Source: an uncultured Verrucomicrobiae bacterium
GTDB lineage: Bacteria > Verrucomicrobiota > Verrucomicrobiia > Chthoniobacterales > JAATET01
Direction of reading: 5' to 3'
DNA: 64,000 nucleotides
Assembly: GCA_963761705.1 (NCBI GenBank)
Contig: CAVXHK010000004.1
Coordinates: forward strand, 80,632 to 144,631
Part shown: positions 1 to 9,579 of the stretch, one piece after another
How the letters are laid out: every line of letters starts with the position of its first letter
Position numbering within the stretch: position 1 is the first letter of the stretch
The notes under the pieces: model-generated
Database searches by the model: none
What the model was told of the DNA's origin: nothing
The model's input: the letters and a program-made list of their open reading frames with translations, nothing else
Position numbers and translations under genes: made by a program

Positions 1-493
1 TATTCCGATCAATTTCGAGACCGGCATCGGCAGCCGGCAGGTCCCCGTTGAACCCGGCCCAGTTCAGTTCGTTAAAAAGTTGGAGGGTTGTGATTTTGAG
101 ATTTCGATTAGTAAAGGGTTTCAGAATGCGGCTGAGTTCTGCTTCGAAAAGCTTCGGATCGATCTCGCTGAGCCGGGGCATGTCGTAGAGGAGATCGGTG
201 CCTGCTCGAATAGTTCGGTCGGGCGGAAACCAAGCGGGATTCTCGATGGCGAGCATGAGAAACGCTTCGAGTCCGATCTCGTTGCAATGCGCTACGTGGT
301 CGACCACACGATCGAATGGACGATTGAGCGAGAGACGAACGGAGCGGGCACCGAGTGCCTGAATTTCATCGAGAATGGCGAGCTCTCTCGAAGGGTTCTT
401 CAGCCATCCCAGGTTGGTGCGGTGAATGCCAACGGGCTGGGCGAAAAGTGAAGTGGTAAGGAGAGAAGCTGCCAGAATTGTGAGCTTCGTCAT
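1..493 (-). CDS. Secreted putative clan GH-A glycoside hydrolase (partial, runs off the left edge)
   Basis: Not in the ORF track. Manual translation from ATG at 493 is open to the window edge: MTKLTILAASLLTTSLFAQPVGIH...LGARSVRLSL...TLQLFNELNWAGFNGD. It has a signal peptide and an N-E motif after a hydrophobic strand, as at the GH-A acid/base position. Confidence 0.7.
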   Translation of the reverse strand, partial: MTKLTILAASLLTTSLFAQPVGIHRTNLGWLKNPSRELAILDEIQALGARSVRLSLNRPFDRVVDHVAHCNEIGLEAFLMLAIENPAWFPPDRTIRAGTDLLYDMPRLSEIDPKLFEAELSRILKPFTNRNLKITTLQLFNELNWAGFNGDLPAADAGLEIDRN

Positions 494-606
494 TTTTTCG
501 GGGACTTAGGGGTGCGGTGTGTTCGGGGGGATCAATTGGTCAGGAGGAGTCGGCCACGAGGAACTGTCGAGAGAAATTTACGGAGAAATTCGAGCTATCG
601 ACAAAA

Positions 607-620
607 GTAGACGGTTTCCT
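607..620. promoter_or_regulatory. Possible LacI-type operator (weak copy, GTAGACGGTTTCCT)
   Basis: The right half matches the recurrent A[AG]GAAAnnTTTCCT motif. It lies 11 bp upstream of the LacI start, between divergent genes. Confidence 0.35.
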
Positions 621-631
621 AGAATATCTGT

Positions 632-1663
632 TTGAAGATTCGATTGAAGGATGTCGCCGAGCGGGCGGGAGTGGCGGTCAATACGGCCTCGACTATTTTG
701 AACCGTCGACCGAATTCCTGGTCCTCGGCGGCGACCGTGGCGCGTGTTTTCGATGCGGCCAAAGAACTGGGTTATCGGCCGAATCGCGCTGCGCTGGGTC
801 TTCGGCTAGGGCAGTTCAATTCGTTCGGACTCCTGATTCCAGATCTGCAGAATCAATATTTCACTCTCGGTGCCGAACTCATGGAGGACCATCTGCGTCG
901 GCACAACGCCGATCTAATTATCGAAAGTTCGCGCAATAGCACGGATCTTGAGGAGTCGATTCTTTCGACGTTGTTCGATCGACAGATCGACGGACTGGTG
1001 GTCTGCCTGATCGACGTCGAGCGCAACCGGGAGTTGCTGCACCGCTTAGCGAAAAGTCATCCCATCGTCCTGATGACGGAAAAAATGGACGCCGCTTTCG
1101 ATCTCGACTTGGTGCTGGCGGATTACACCGAGGGCATGCGGGAGAGCGTGAGAGCACTTTCGGAATATGGTCATCGGAGGTTTCTCTACGTGCAGGCGAC
1201 GGTGCCGGGGCAAGCAGCGGGACACAGGCCGGAAGTGTTTTTCCGCAGTTTGACCGAGTTCGGATTGTCATCCGACTCCGACTTGTTGATTCAGAGTGGG
1301 ATCAGTCACGACGAGGTGATAGCGCGGATGGCGAGCGTCTTTGCTGAGGCTAAGGTAAAAAGGCCGACTGCGATTTTTGCGCACAATGACGTGACGGCCA
1401 TCAGCATCATGCGAGCGGCTTACCAAGCCGGATTGCGGGTGCCGGAGGACGTGTCGATTGTCGGCGTGGATGACAGCCCGATCTGTTCGAAGCTGCCGGT
1501 GACGCTGTCGTCGATTCAGGTGCCGATGAACGAGATCACCGAAGAAGTGGTGTCGTTGCTCATTCGCGGTCGGGATCGGTCGATTGCGCACTCGCCGCGG
1601 TCGGTGGTCTTTCAGACCCGGTTCGTGGCGCGGGAGAGTGTCGGACCAGTGCCTGGATCGTAG
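632..1663 (+). CDS. LacI-family transcriptional regulator
   Basis: N-terminal HTH (LKDVAERAGVAVNTASTILN), YRPN hinge, and a sugar-binding domain with PTAIFAHND and VPEDVSIVGVDD motifs. Confidence 0.95.
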   Translation: MKIRLKDVAERAGVAVNTASTILNRRPNSWSSAATVARVFDAAKELGYRPNRAALGLRLGQFNSFGLLIPDLQNQYFTLGAELMEDHLRRHNADLIIESSRNSTDLEESILSTLFDRQIDGLVVCLIDVERNRELLHRLAKSHPIVLMTEKMDAAFDLDLVLADYTEGMRESVRALSEYGHRRFLYVQATVPGQAAGHRPEVFFRSLTEFGLSSDSDLLIQSGISHDEVIARMASVFAEAKVKRPTAIFAHNDVTAISIMRAAYQAGLRVPEDVSIVGVDDSPICSKLPVTLSSIQVPMNEITEEVVSLLIRGRDRSIAHSPRSVVFQTRFVARESVGPVPGS

Positions 1664-1691
1664 CAGCCTCTCCGGTGGAGGGTAGCGGAGG

Positions 1692-3947
1692 TCACCGCCG
1701 CGCCGCTGCAAATTTGAACGAATGCACACCGCCTTTCAGGCGGACTGCTGGTTCCACCAAACCTGCAATCGACGCGTCGGCGGTGACGCCGGCGGGAAGT
1801 TCGATTTCCCAGCGTATCTCGTCGCCGTCTCGTTGCCACTCGCTGCGGATGATGCCGTGCGGGGAGCGGTGCGTGCAGCGGACGTAGTCAAGCTGGCGGA
1901 CAAGTTGCGGGCGCATGTTGAGATGCCGGAATCCGGGATGGTCTGGGTCGGGTCGGATGCCGCCGATGCCTTCGGTGAACCAAGCGGCAAAGGCACCCTG
2001 CATGGGATGATTGCGGGAGCGCTCGATCATCTCGGGGTGTTGGGCTAGGTCGAAGAAGGTCTCCCAAAAGGTCGTGCCGCCCTGCGCGAAGTGATGGCGG
2101 AAACTGGGTTGGCCGTCGGATTGGAGAAGGCGCCAACAGACGTCGTCGTAGCCGTGGGATGCGAGGGCGTCGAAGAGATGGCGGAGGCCGTGGATGCCGG
2201 TGTCGAAGCGGTAGTCGTTGGCGCGGACGCGGGCGGCGAGGGCGGCGGCGACTTGGGCGTCTGCGCCGTCGGGACAGAGGCCGAAGGTGAGCGCCAGGGT
2301 GTCTGCCGCCTGGGAACCGAAGGCGTCGTCGGTATGAAACTCGGCGATGAAGCGGGACCGAATGTTTGCTGCCCGGCGGTTGAGGGCGCTGGCTTCCTTG
2401 GCGCGATCGAGCGCGCGCGCGAGTCGCGCGAGGCAGTCGGTTGCCTGGAAATAAAGCGCGGTCGACGTGAGGGCGACTGGGGTGGCGATGGGCTCGACGC
2501 GGCCCGGGGGGCACCAGTCGCCGAATCCTTCGTGGATGATGCCGTCCCTCGCGATCCCGTCGAGATAGCGGAGGAGGGCGGCAAGTTTGTCGAAGTGTCG
2601 GTCGGCGGAGCCGATCTCGCCCTTGTAGAAGTGGAGGTAGTAGGGAATGAGGACGAGGGCGACGGCCCAGTCGGGGTTCGCCTGGCCGCAGCGGCGTTTG
2701 CCGGGGGCGATGTTGGCGGGCACATCGGGGTGGCCGTTTTCCGCGCCGCGTCCGAGTGAGTTGACGATGTCGTCGACGTATTTCTCGAGGAGAGTGGTGG
2801 CGTCCCAGTTCAGCAGGATGAACGGAGCGCAGACGTGCGCGTCGCCGAGCCAACCGCAGCGTTCGCGTCCGGGGCAATCGGTCGGGAGGCCGTGAAGGTT
2901 GGTCCGCTGGGTCCAACGGGCCGTCGAGTGGATGCGCTCGAGCAGGGGGTCCGAGCACTCGAACGAGCCGGCGACGGACAGATCGGAATGAACGACGATG
3001 CCGGTGAGCGCCTCGGCGGGGGCCTCGCCGGGAAACCCGGTGACCTCGACGTAGCGGAAACTGTGGCAGGTAAATTGGGGTTCCCAGACTTCCTCGCCGC
3101 CACCGCGACAGATGTAGCGGTCGGTCTGGATGGTGCGGGTGTGCCAGACGCCGGTCGTGAGGGGGTTGATGGTGCCGTCGGGGTCGAGGACCTCGGCGAA
3201 GCGCAGGCAAATTTCGGTGCCCGCCGGCGCGGTGACGCGGAGCCGGCACCAGCCGGAGAAATTTTGACCAAAATCGAAAACGCTTATGCCTGGCAGCGGT
3301 CGATTCACGCTGACGGTCGCAATCTCCTCGACCCGGCGGCTGGGAGGGAGGAGTTGGGGGCGCAACTCGGGAGTCAGTGGGGCGACTTCGGCGGCGGGTT
3401 GCCAATCGGTGATTTCCTCGCGGCGGGCGTCGTGGACGTTGCCGCCGTAGACACTATTTTCGAGGAGCGGGCCGGAGGTCGAGACCTCCCATGACGAGTC
3501 GGTGCCAAGGGTCTCAACGTTGCCGTCCGCGTATTCGAGTCGGAGGAGCGCGATCAGTCCCGGATCGCCGTAGGGTGCGATTTCCCACACGCGGTCCTGC
3601 GAAAACCAGCCGTTGCCGAGGAGGGCAGTGAGGGCATTTTCGCCTTCGTCGACCAGAGCGGTCACGTCGAAGGTCCGGTAGAAGGCGAAGATGTCGTAGT
3701 CGGTCTGGACCGGATCGAGGACGGCGTCTTCGACCGGGTGGTCATTGAGAAAAAGCTGACCGTATCCGGGGGCGGCAAAGTGGAGTCGCGCGGAAATCAG
3801 ACCGGGCGAGGCGATGAATTTCCGCCGAAGCAGGGGGGCGCTGCCGTCCGGGGTGGGCGCGCCGATCCATTGGGCGTCGACCCAATCGGGTTCGTCGGCA
3901 CCGAGTGGGTTCGAAAGCGATTCGCAGAGGGGCTTGGTGGTGCTCAC
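1692..3947 (-). CDS. GH78 alpha-L-rhamnosidase-family glycoside hydrolase (no signal peptide)
   Basis: Motifs FDFGQNFSGW, FRYVEVTG, PTDCPGRERCGWLGD, FGDWCPPG, TTFWE and SRNH. Confidence 0.92.
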   Translation of the reverse strand: MSTTKPLCESLSNPLGADEPDWVDAQWIGAPTPDGSAPLLRRKFIASPGLISARLHFAAPGYGQLFLNDHPVEDAVLDPVQTDYDIFAFYRTFDVTALVDEGENALTALLGNGWFSQDRVWEIAPYGDPGLIALLRLEYADGNVETLGTDSSWEVSTSGPLLENSVYGGNVHDARREEITDWQPAAEVAPLTPELRPQLLPPSRRVEEIATVSVNRPLPGISVFDFGQNFSGWCRLRVTAPAGTEICLRFAEVLDPDGTINPLTTGVWHTRTIQTDRYICRGGGEEVWEPQFTCHSFRYVEVTGFPGEAPAEALTGIVVHSDLSVAGSFECSDPLLERIHSTARWTQRTNLHGLPTDCPGRERCGWLGDAHVCAPFILLNWDATTLLEKYVDDIVNSLGRGAENGHPDVPANIAPGKRRCGQANPDWAVALVLIPYYLHFYKGEIGSADRHFDKLAALLRYLDGIARDGIIHEGFGDWCPPGRVEPIATPVALTSTALYFQATDCLARLARALDRAKEASALNRRAANIRSRFIAEFHTDDAFGSQAADTLALTFGLCPDGADAQVAAALAARVRANDYRFDTGIHGLRHLFDALASHGYDDVCWRLLQSDGQPSFRHHFAQGGTTFWETFFDLAQHPEMIERSRNHPMQGAFAAWFTEGIGGIRPDPDHPGFRHLNMRPQLVRQLDYVRCTHRSPHGIIRSEWQRDGDEIRWEIELPAGVTADASIAGLVEPAVRLKGGVHSFKFAAARR

Positions 3948-5020
3948 GGGTGATTGGGCTCGAAGAGGGTCAGAATAAGGTCGCGATAAACGCGCATGAG
4001 GTAGTCGTTGGGGTGGTTGAAGACGTTGCCGCTGATGTCGGCGAATTTTTTGCGGGCGACGATTCGCTCCGAGACGATGCCTATGTCGACGAATGCGGTG
4101 TTGGGATGGGAATCCGCGAGTTCGCGGAGTGCGCTGGCGTAGCCTTTCCGGAGCTCGTAATTGGCTTGAATCGACTCCGGGTTGGGCAGGAACGAAGCAA
4201 CCAGAATGATGCTGAGGTCAGGGTTGGGCGCGCGGAGCTTTTTGACGATCAGCTCGACGTTCGACCGGTAGCGCTCGAGCGGATTATCTTGACTTCCGTC
4301 GTTCATCCCGAAAGCGATCACGGCGAGATCGGGCGATTTCGCAGCCAGGGCGTCGCTCTGCCCAGCCCCCCAACCCGATACGGTGCCGCCCACCGACGGA
4401 TTCTCGAGGGTGACGTTGGCTTTGGGAAATTGCTCGCCCAACGAGTCGGCGAACTGTTGGGCGTAGCCGGGGCGCTCGGGGGGCGCGGCGGGGGCGAGGC
4501 CCGAAGCTTGCGCTCCGACCGAGATGCTGTCGCCGAGGACGGCGAGCGTGAAGGGACCACCTGCCTGGAGTTTGGCGATGGCCGCCGGGACATTGCCGCT
4601 GGTCGCTCCTTCGAAGATTTGGGTCCAGCGGTATGGGCCTTCAGTGGGCTCGTAGCGAATCTCGACGTCGTAGCCGAGGTGCTTGGTGTTGCCGCCGGGA
4701 TTATAGAAGACTCGGCCCTGAGTGTCGGCGAACCGGTAGAGGGGCGGGGCGGGCTTGTCGGAATAGAACGGGAGGAGCGGGATGCGGGAGTCTTCAGTTC
4801 GGGTGAGCGTGCGACCCGCGAGCGTGAAGTCACGGCCTTCCTCATAGGTCTCGGAATGATCGGCTTTGAGCACTTCGACCTCGCCGGCGGGCTCGAAGAG
4901 CAGATGAACGGTCGGTGGTGTCTGTGCGTCGGTGAAGACGCCGGTTTCCCATTCCAGCTCGGTGGCAGAGAGCGAGAGGACGCTGGTCAGGAGAAAGAGG
5001 ATAGAAAGATGGGCGGTCAT
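3944..5020 (-). CDS. Secreted SGNH/GDSL-family hydrolase (probable carbohydrate esterase)
   Basis: Signal peptide, LGDSIS block I, FGMND block III and NHPND block V. Overlaps the GH78 gene by 4 bp. Confidence 0.88.
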   Translation of the reverse strand: MTAHLSILFLLTSVLSLSATELEWETGVFTDAQTPPTVHLLFEPAGEVEVLKADHSETYEEGRDFTLAGRTLTRTEDSRIPLLPFYSDKPAPPLYRFADTQGRVFYNPGGNTKHLGYDVEIRYEPTEGPYRWTQIFEGATSGNVPAAIAKLQAGGPFTLAVLGDSISVGAQASGLAPAAPPERPGYAQQFADSLGEQFPKANVTLENPSVGGTVSGWGAGQSDALAAKSPDLAVIAFGMNDGSQDNPLERYRSNVELIVKKLRAPNPDLSIILVASFLPNPESIQANYELRKGYASALRELADSHPNTAFVDIGIVSERIVARKKFADISGNVFNHPNDYLMRVYRDLILTLFEPNHP

Positions 5021-5029
5021 AGGGTTGGT

Positions 5030-6538
5030 CTAAATCGGTTCTGGAATGGTTTCGCCGCGGCGGGCTTCGAGTTGGCGACGGGTCTCGGCGGATCGCTCGC
5101 GTGAGATTGGGTAAAACCAGAAGGCGGCGATCGCGATAATAAATCCGACGACCTGAAATCCGACGACCATGTCCTTCATGGCGAGGCCGGTTTCCAGCGA
5201 GACGCCCGAAATTTTGGCCTCGGTTGCATCGAAGCCGGAGACTTTGAGCAGGATGCCGCCGATGACGAAGGTGAGAGCCTGGGAAGCCTTGAGCGCGAAG
5301 CTGATGGCGGCGCTGAACATGCCTTCGCGGCGACGACCGGTGACGAGTTCATCCTCGTCGCAGATGTCGGCGACCATCGAGCTGACCATGAGCCAGCACC
5401 CCTGCATCCCGAGGGAGGAGATGATCGTGGGTAGGAAAATCATCATCGGCCAGCGCGGATCGAGCGCCCAGTAGGAGGAGGCCGCTCCGACGAGGCCGAG
5501 GCTGAGGCCGATGATCATGGCTTTGCGCTTGGTCGTGTGGGCGGAGACGGCGATGACCAGGAACATGCTGACGTAGGAAATAACGGCCCCGAGCGTGCCG
5601 GCCTGGCCGGTGAGGTTGCCGGTGGCGAGTTCGTTGCCGCCGAACACGTAGTAGAGGAAGACGAAGGGCAGCAGGCTGGCGGCGCTGAAGATGGCGACGA
5701 TGACGACGACGTAGGCGACGAGCAGGATGGCGAAGGCGCGGTTGGCGAGCGTGCAACGAAGGGCCTCGAACAGGCGGATGGGGGGCTGCGTCTGCGCGTC
5801 CGGTCGCTCGGGGCAGGCGACGACCGGGGCGAGGCCGGTCACGAGGACAATGAGAGCGACCGCGATGCTGACCCATACCGCGCCCTCGAATGCGTCGGCA
5901 AACTCGAGCGTGAAGGGGCCGAAGTCGCCGCCGAGGCAGAATCGGTAGAGCCACGGAATGGTCATGCTGCCGAAGAGGCCGATATACATTTGCCAGGCCA
6001 GCACGCGGGTGCGCTCGTCGTAGTCGGGCGTGAGTTCGTAGCCCATGGCAGTCCACGGGATCATGAAAAGGGTATAGGCCAGCGAGTAGAGGCAGCCGAG
6101 TGCGGCCAGATACCAGAAGGGGCCGTTGGCATACCACGGAGCGTGGATGGTGTCGGGGAACGGCGGCGTCCAGAAGAACGGCATCATGATCGCGCAACCG
6201 ATGACGCCCGGGATGATGAATGGCTTCCGGCGGCCCCAGCGGCTTTTGAAATTGTCCGAGAGGTTGCCGATGATGGGGTCGGTGATCGCGTCGAAGAGGC
6301 GCGGGATGAGCAGCGCCATCCCGGCGAGGATGGGATCCATCCCGAGGTAGTTGGAATACAGCAGCAGCCCCAGCGAGTTGAGCAGATTGTAAATGTAGTT
6401 CGACGCGAGGCCGCCCATACCCCAGGCGACGCGAGTGGGGAGGGGGACGCAGGGTTGGGGAGTGGTCGTGGTGACGGAGGGAATCTCGGCGGCGGGGGGC
6501 ACGCGGGGAGCGTGGCAGGGATGGATCAAGGAAACCAT
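5030..6538 (-). CDS. GPH-family (MelB-like, MFS) sugar:cation symporter; start uncertain (GTG at 6502 possible)
   Basis: Motifs RLFDAITDPIIGNLSD, SRWGRRKPF, ELTPDYDERT and DICDEDEL..G.RREG, plus multiple TM helices. Confidence 0.92.
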   Translation of the reverse strand: MVSLIHPCHAPRVPPAAEIPSVTTTTPQPCVPLPTRVAWGMGGLASNYIYNLLNSLGLLLYSNYLGMDPILAGMALLIPRLFDAITDPIIGNLSDNFKSRWGRRKPFIIPGVIGCAIMMPFFWTPPFPDTIHAPWYANGPFWYLAALGCLYSLAYTLFMIPWTAMGYELTPDYDERTRVLAWQMYIGLFGSMTIPWLYRFCLGGDFGPFTLEFADAFEGAVWVSIAVALIVLVTGLAPVVACPERPDAQTQPPIRLFEALRCTLANRAFAILLVAYVVVIVAIFSAASLLPFVFLYYVFGGNELATGNLTGQAGTLGAVISYVSMFLVIAVSAHTTKRKAMIIGLSLGLVGAASSYWALDPRWPMMIFLPTIISSLGMQGCWLMVSSMVADICDEDELVTGRRREGMFSAAISFALKASQALTFVIGGILLKVSGFDATEAKISGVSLETGLAMKDMVVGFQVVGFIIAIAAFWFYPISRERSAETRRQLEARRGETIPEPI

Positions 6539-6542
6539 TCCT
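6529..6542. promoter_or_regulatory. Candidate LacI-type operator AGGAAACCATTCCT
   Basis: Near-perfect pseudo-palindrome in the divergent transporter/sulfatase region; the motif recurs upstream of other genes. Confidence 0.6.
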
Positions 6543-6629
6543 ATTTTGGCGAGTCCTCACGTCTGGTTCGTTCACGAGCCCGCTAGATTTGCTTGCCCGA
6601 GCGGGAGAAGATCGGTTGGATAAGAAACG

Positions 6630-8084
6630 ATGCATTTCCGTGAATTCGCGATCTCTGCTGCCATTGCGGTCTGCGCGGCGTTTTCCTTGCGGGTCGGGGA
6701 GGCGGCACCAACGGTGAAGAACGTGGTGATCATTTTCGCGGACGACCAGGGGGCGCATCTGTCGGCGCTGGGGACTCCGGGGATCGAGACTCCGAACGTC
6801 GACGCGCTGGCGGCGCGGGGGATTTTTTTTACGAAAGCGTATTCGGTGTCGGCGTCGTGCTCGCCGAGCCGGAGTTCGCTTCTCACCGGGATGGTGCCGC
6901 ACTCGCACGGGCATTGGCGGAATACGGTGACGCCGACATTGGACGAGCCGGAAGTCGAGTTCACGCGGGCGGGGCGAACGATCGACACGGTGGGGATTCA
7001 CGAGGACATCACGACGCTGAACGAGGTGTTGGGTGAGGCGGGGTTCTTTCGTGCGATCACGCAGAAGCTGCACCTGAGTCCGCCGTGGAAATACCCGTTC
7101 GACGCGCGGGACCCGGTGGGGACTAAGCCGGCGGAGTTTCGACGGGTCATCGGGCGGTTCATCGAGGAAGCGGGTGAACGGCCGTTTTTCATTCAGGCAA
7201 ACATCGCGGCAACGCACCGACCGTTTCCGGATCATCTGCGGGATTTCGATGGGGATCTGCCCGCGCTGGCCGAGATTCCAGTTCCCTCTTACCTGCCGGA
7301 TACGCCGTTGATGCGGAAGGATCTGCGGGAGTATTTCGGCACGGTCGAGTTGGCGGACCGGTGCGCGGGGGCGATCCTGGAAGCGCTCGATGACGCGGGC
7401 GTGCGGGGGGAGACGCTGGTGATTTACACTTCGGATCAGGGGGAGGGCTACCACCGGGCGAAGGCGTCGGCTTACGAGGGCGGGGTGCACGTGCCGCTGG
7501 TAATCAGCGGGCCGGGGGTGCGCGAGGGAGTGGTGACGAATCAGTTGGTGTCCGGGATCGATCTGATGCCGACGATCCTCGCTTTTTTGAAGCTTCCGAT
7601 TCCCGCGACGGTGCAGGGAATTTCGCTCCGGCCCTACCTCACGGGGGCGGGAGGTGAGTGGGACGAGCGGGACTACGTTTTCGCCGAGCACAATTCGCAC
7701 GGGCCGAATCCGGCGGAGATCTATCCGAGTCGGGCGGTGACGGACGGGCGGTTCTATTACATCGAGAACCTGATGCCGGCGAAGACCTACGAGTTGCCTG
7801 CAGACCTGCGGCAGTCGGGGCCACCGTGGTTCAACGGCAGCTACGACGCGGCGGTGGCGGCGCGGGAAAGTGATCCCGAGCAATACGAAAAGCTCCGGGA
7901 GCTGCTCGATGGGCGCGCGCCGGAGGAGCTTTACGATTTGGAGAGCGATCCCGGGCAGTTGGCGAATCTCGCTGACGACCCGGCGTCGACGCAGAAGCTA
8001 AAGGAACTGCGGGGAGCCGTCGCGGAGTGGCGGCGGGAGACCGGCGATATCGAAAGGGACCCGCGCGAGATCGAGCGGCGGTGA
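6630..8084 (+). CDS. Secreted Cys-type sulfatase (sulfamidase-like)
   Basis: Signal peptide, FADD, CSPSRSSLLTG (CxPxR), TSDQG and EELYDLESDP. Confidence 0.93.
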   Translation: MHFREFAISAAIAVCAAFSLRVGEAAPTVKNVVIIFADDQGAHLSALGTPGIETPNVDALAARGIFFTKAYSVSASCSPSRSSLLTGMVPHSHGHWRNTVTPTLDEPEVEFTRAGRTIDTVGIHEDITTLNEVLGEAGFFRAITQKLHLSPPWKYPFDARDPVGTKPAEFRRVIGRFIEEAGERPFFIQANIAATHRPFPDHLRDFDGDLPALAEIPVPSYLPDTPLMRKDLREYFGTVELADRCAGAILEALDDAGVRGETLVIYTSDQGEGYHRAKASAYEGGVHVPLVISGPGVREGVVTNQLVSGIDLMPTILAFLKLPIPATVQGISLRPYLTGAGGEWDERDYVFAEHNSHGPNPAEIYPSRAVTDGRFYYIENLMPAKTYELPADLRQSGPPWFNGSYDAAVAARESDPEQYEKLRELLDGRAPEELYDLESDPGQLANLADDPASTQKLKELRGAVAEWRRETGDIERDPREIERR

Positions 8085-9358
8085 GGACGGTCGCGGGAAA
8101 AAGGTTGCGGGAGGTGGCGGGGATCCGCGGGGAGATCGAGCGATACGTCGCGAAGCGGTGGGATCGGACGTGGCCGGGGCCGGGGGCGGAGCATTTGATT
8201 CCGATCGCGGCGCGCTACGTCACCCCCGCCGTCGGCGGGCATTTGCAGCACCTCTTCTATTGGGACTCGTATTTTGCGGCCCTCGGACTCGTGCGGCAGG
8301 GGCGGCTGGATCTGGCGCGGTCGACGCTGGAGGCGTTGGTCGAGCTGTTCGAGCGGTTCGGGTTCGTGCCGAACGTGAACGTCGAATCGGAGGCGAACAG
8401 ATCGCAGCCGCCGATGCTCTCGGCTTACGTGCGATTGATTTACGAGGCGACGGGCGACCGGGATTTTTTGGCGGGCAAGATCGACGTCCTGCGGCGGGAA
8501 TACGATTTCTGGATGCGGGAACGGTGGGTGGGCGAGTGTGGGGTCAATCGGTTTGGGCACGGGGCGACGGAGGATTATTTGCTGCGGTTTTACGATCATT
8601 GCCTGGTGCCGCGGCTGCAATTTCCGGTGGATGCTCCACCGTCGGAGAAGCGGCGGTTGGCGTCTCATTACCTGACCGAGGCCGAGTCGGGGGCGGACTT
8701 TTGCTCGCGATTTCTGGGTCGGGCGGGGGATTTCGCGGCGGTCGAGGTGAACGCGTTGCTCTTCGGGTATGAGCGAAACTTGGCTTGGTTCGCGGGCGAG
8801 CTTGGCTCGTTGGGCGAGGCCGAGACGTGGAAGGCGCGGGCTCGGGAGAGGCGACGGCGTTTTTCCGACGTGTTCTGGAACGAGACGCGGGGGGCGTTTC
8901 TGGATTGGGACTTCGTCGGTGGTGTGCACTCACCCGTGTTGACGCCTGCGGCGTTCTTTGCACTGTGGACGGGTGTGGCGACGGCTCGGCAGGCGGAAGG
9001 GATGGCGGAGAATCTTGCGAGCTTGGAAACGGATCATGGTGTGAAAGCCAGTGATTGGACGCTGCCGGGCCTGGAGTTGCAATGGGATGCCCCGTTCGGG
9101 TGGCCGCCGTATCAGTTCGTCGTGGCGCGGGGGCTTCTGAATTACGGGTTCCGCGAAGCGGCGGAGCGGATCGCTGTCAAGTATTGCGGACTGGTCGAGC
9201 GGGTTTTCGCGGAAACGGGTGAGTTGTGGGAGAAATACGACGTGGTCGCGGGCGGGCTGCGGAGCGCGGAATACGAGGTGCAGACGCAGGTCGGGTGGAC
9301 GGCTGGGGTGTATCTCGATTTTTCTTCCCCGGACTATACGTGCTCGGGAAGGACGTAA
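8081..9358 (+). CDS. GH37 trehalase-family glycoside hydrolase (no signal peptide)
   Basis: Motifs FYWDSYF, NRSQPP, AESGADF, QWDAPFGWPP, LWEKY and EYEVQ..GWT. GTG at 8081 overlaps the sulfatase stop (GTGA). Confidence 0.88.
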   Translation: MRTVAGKRLREVAGIRGEIERYVAKRWDRTWPGPGAEHLIPIAARYVTPAVGGHLQHLFYWDSYFAALGLVRQGRLDLARSTLEALVELFERFGFVPNVNVESEANRSQPPMLSAYVRLIYEATGDRDFLAGKIDVLRREYDFWMRERWVGECGVNRFGHGATEDYLLRFYDHCLVPRLQFPVDAPPSEKRRLASHYLTEAESGADFCSRFLGRAGDFAAVEVNALLFGYERNLAWFAGELGSLGEAETWKARARERRRRFSDVFWNETRGAFLDWDFVGGVHSPVLTPAAFFALWTGVATARQAEGMAENLASLETDHGVKASDWTLPGLELQWDAPFGWPPYQFVVARGLLNYGFREAAERIAVKYCGLVERVFAETGELWEKYDVVAGGLRSAEYEVQTQVGWTAGVYLDFSSPDYTCSGRT

Positions 9359-9579
9359 CTTTCAGTCCCCGCTTCGAGAAGCCGCGCGTCTAGATTGAAT
9401 CGCTCCGATTAGTGTGATCGCTGCAAACTCGGACAGGTGGACCGTGCTCGTTCGGGTTGCCTCGGCAACGGCGCAATCAGTTGCTGGCGGGGAGATCGTC
9501 GCTGAACTTCAAATGATCAATTTGCCCATAGCTGGATAAGCGCGGGAGCGGCAAATTGGGTGTTTTTCCAGGCTCGTCC

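Noticed and set aside
80..451. 123-aa plus-strand ORF
   Set aside because: Antisense to the better-supported minus-strand gene with a signal peptide and NE motif.
6622..6635. AAGAAACGATGCAT as another operator copy
   Set aside because: Only the left half matches, and it overlaps the sulfatase start codon.
5349..7883. Long antisense or alternative-frame ORFs (844 aa here; also 1888-3405, 35067-36737, 36340-37998, 41757-44078 and many others)
   Set aside because: Arg/Pro-rich shadows of well-supported genes, expected in high-GC DNA; no motifs.
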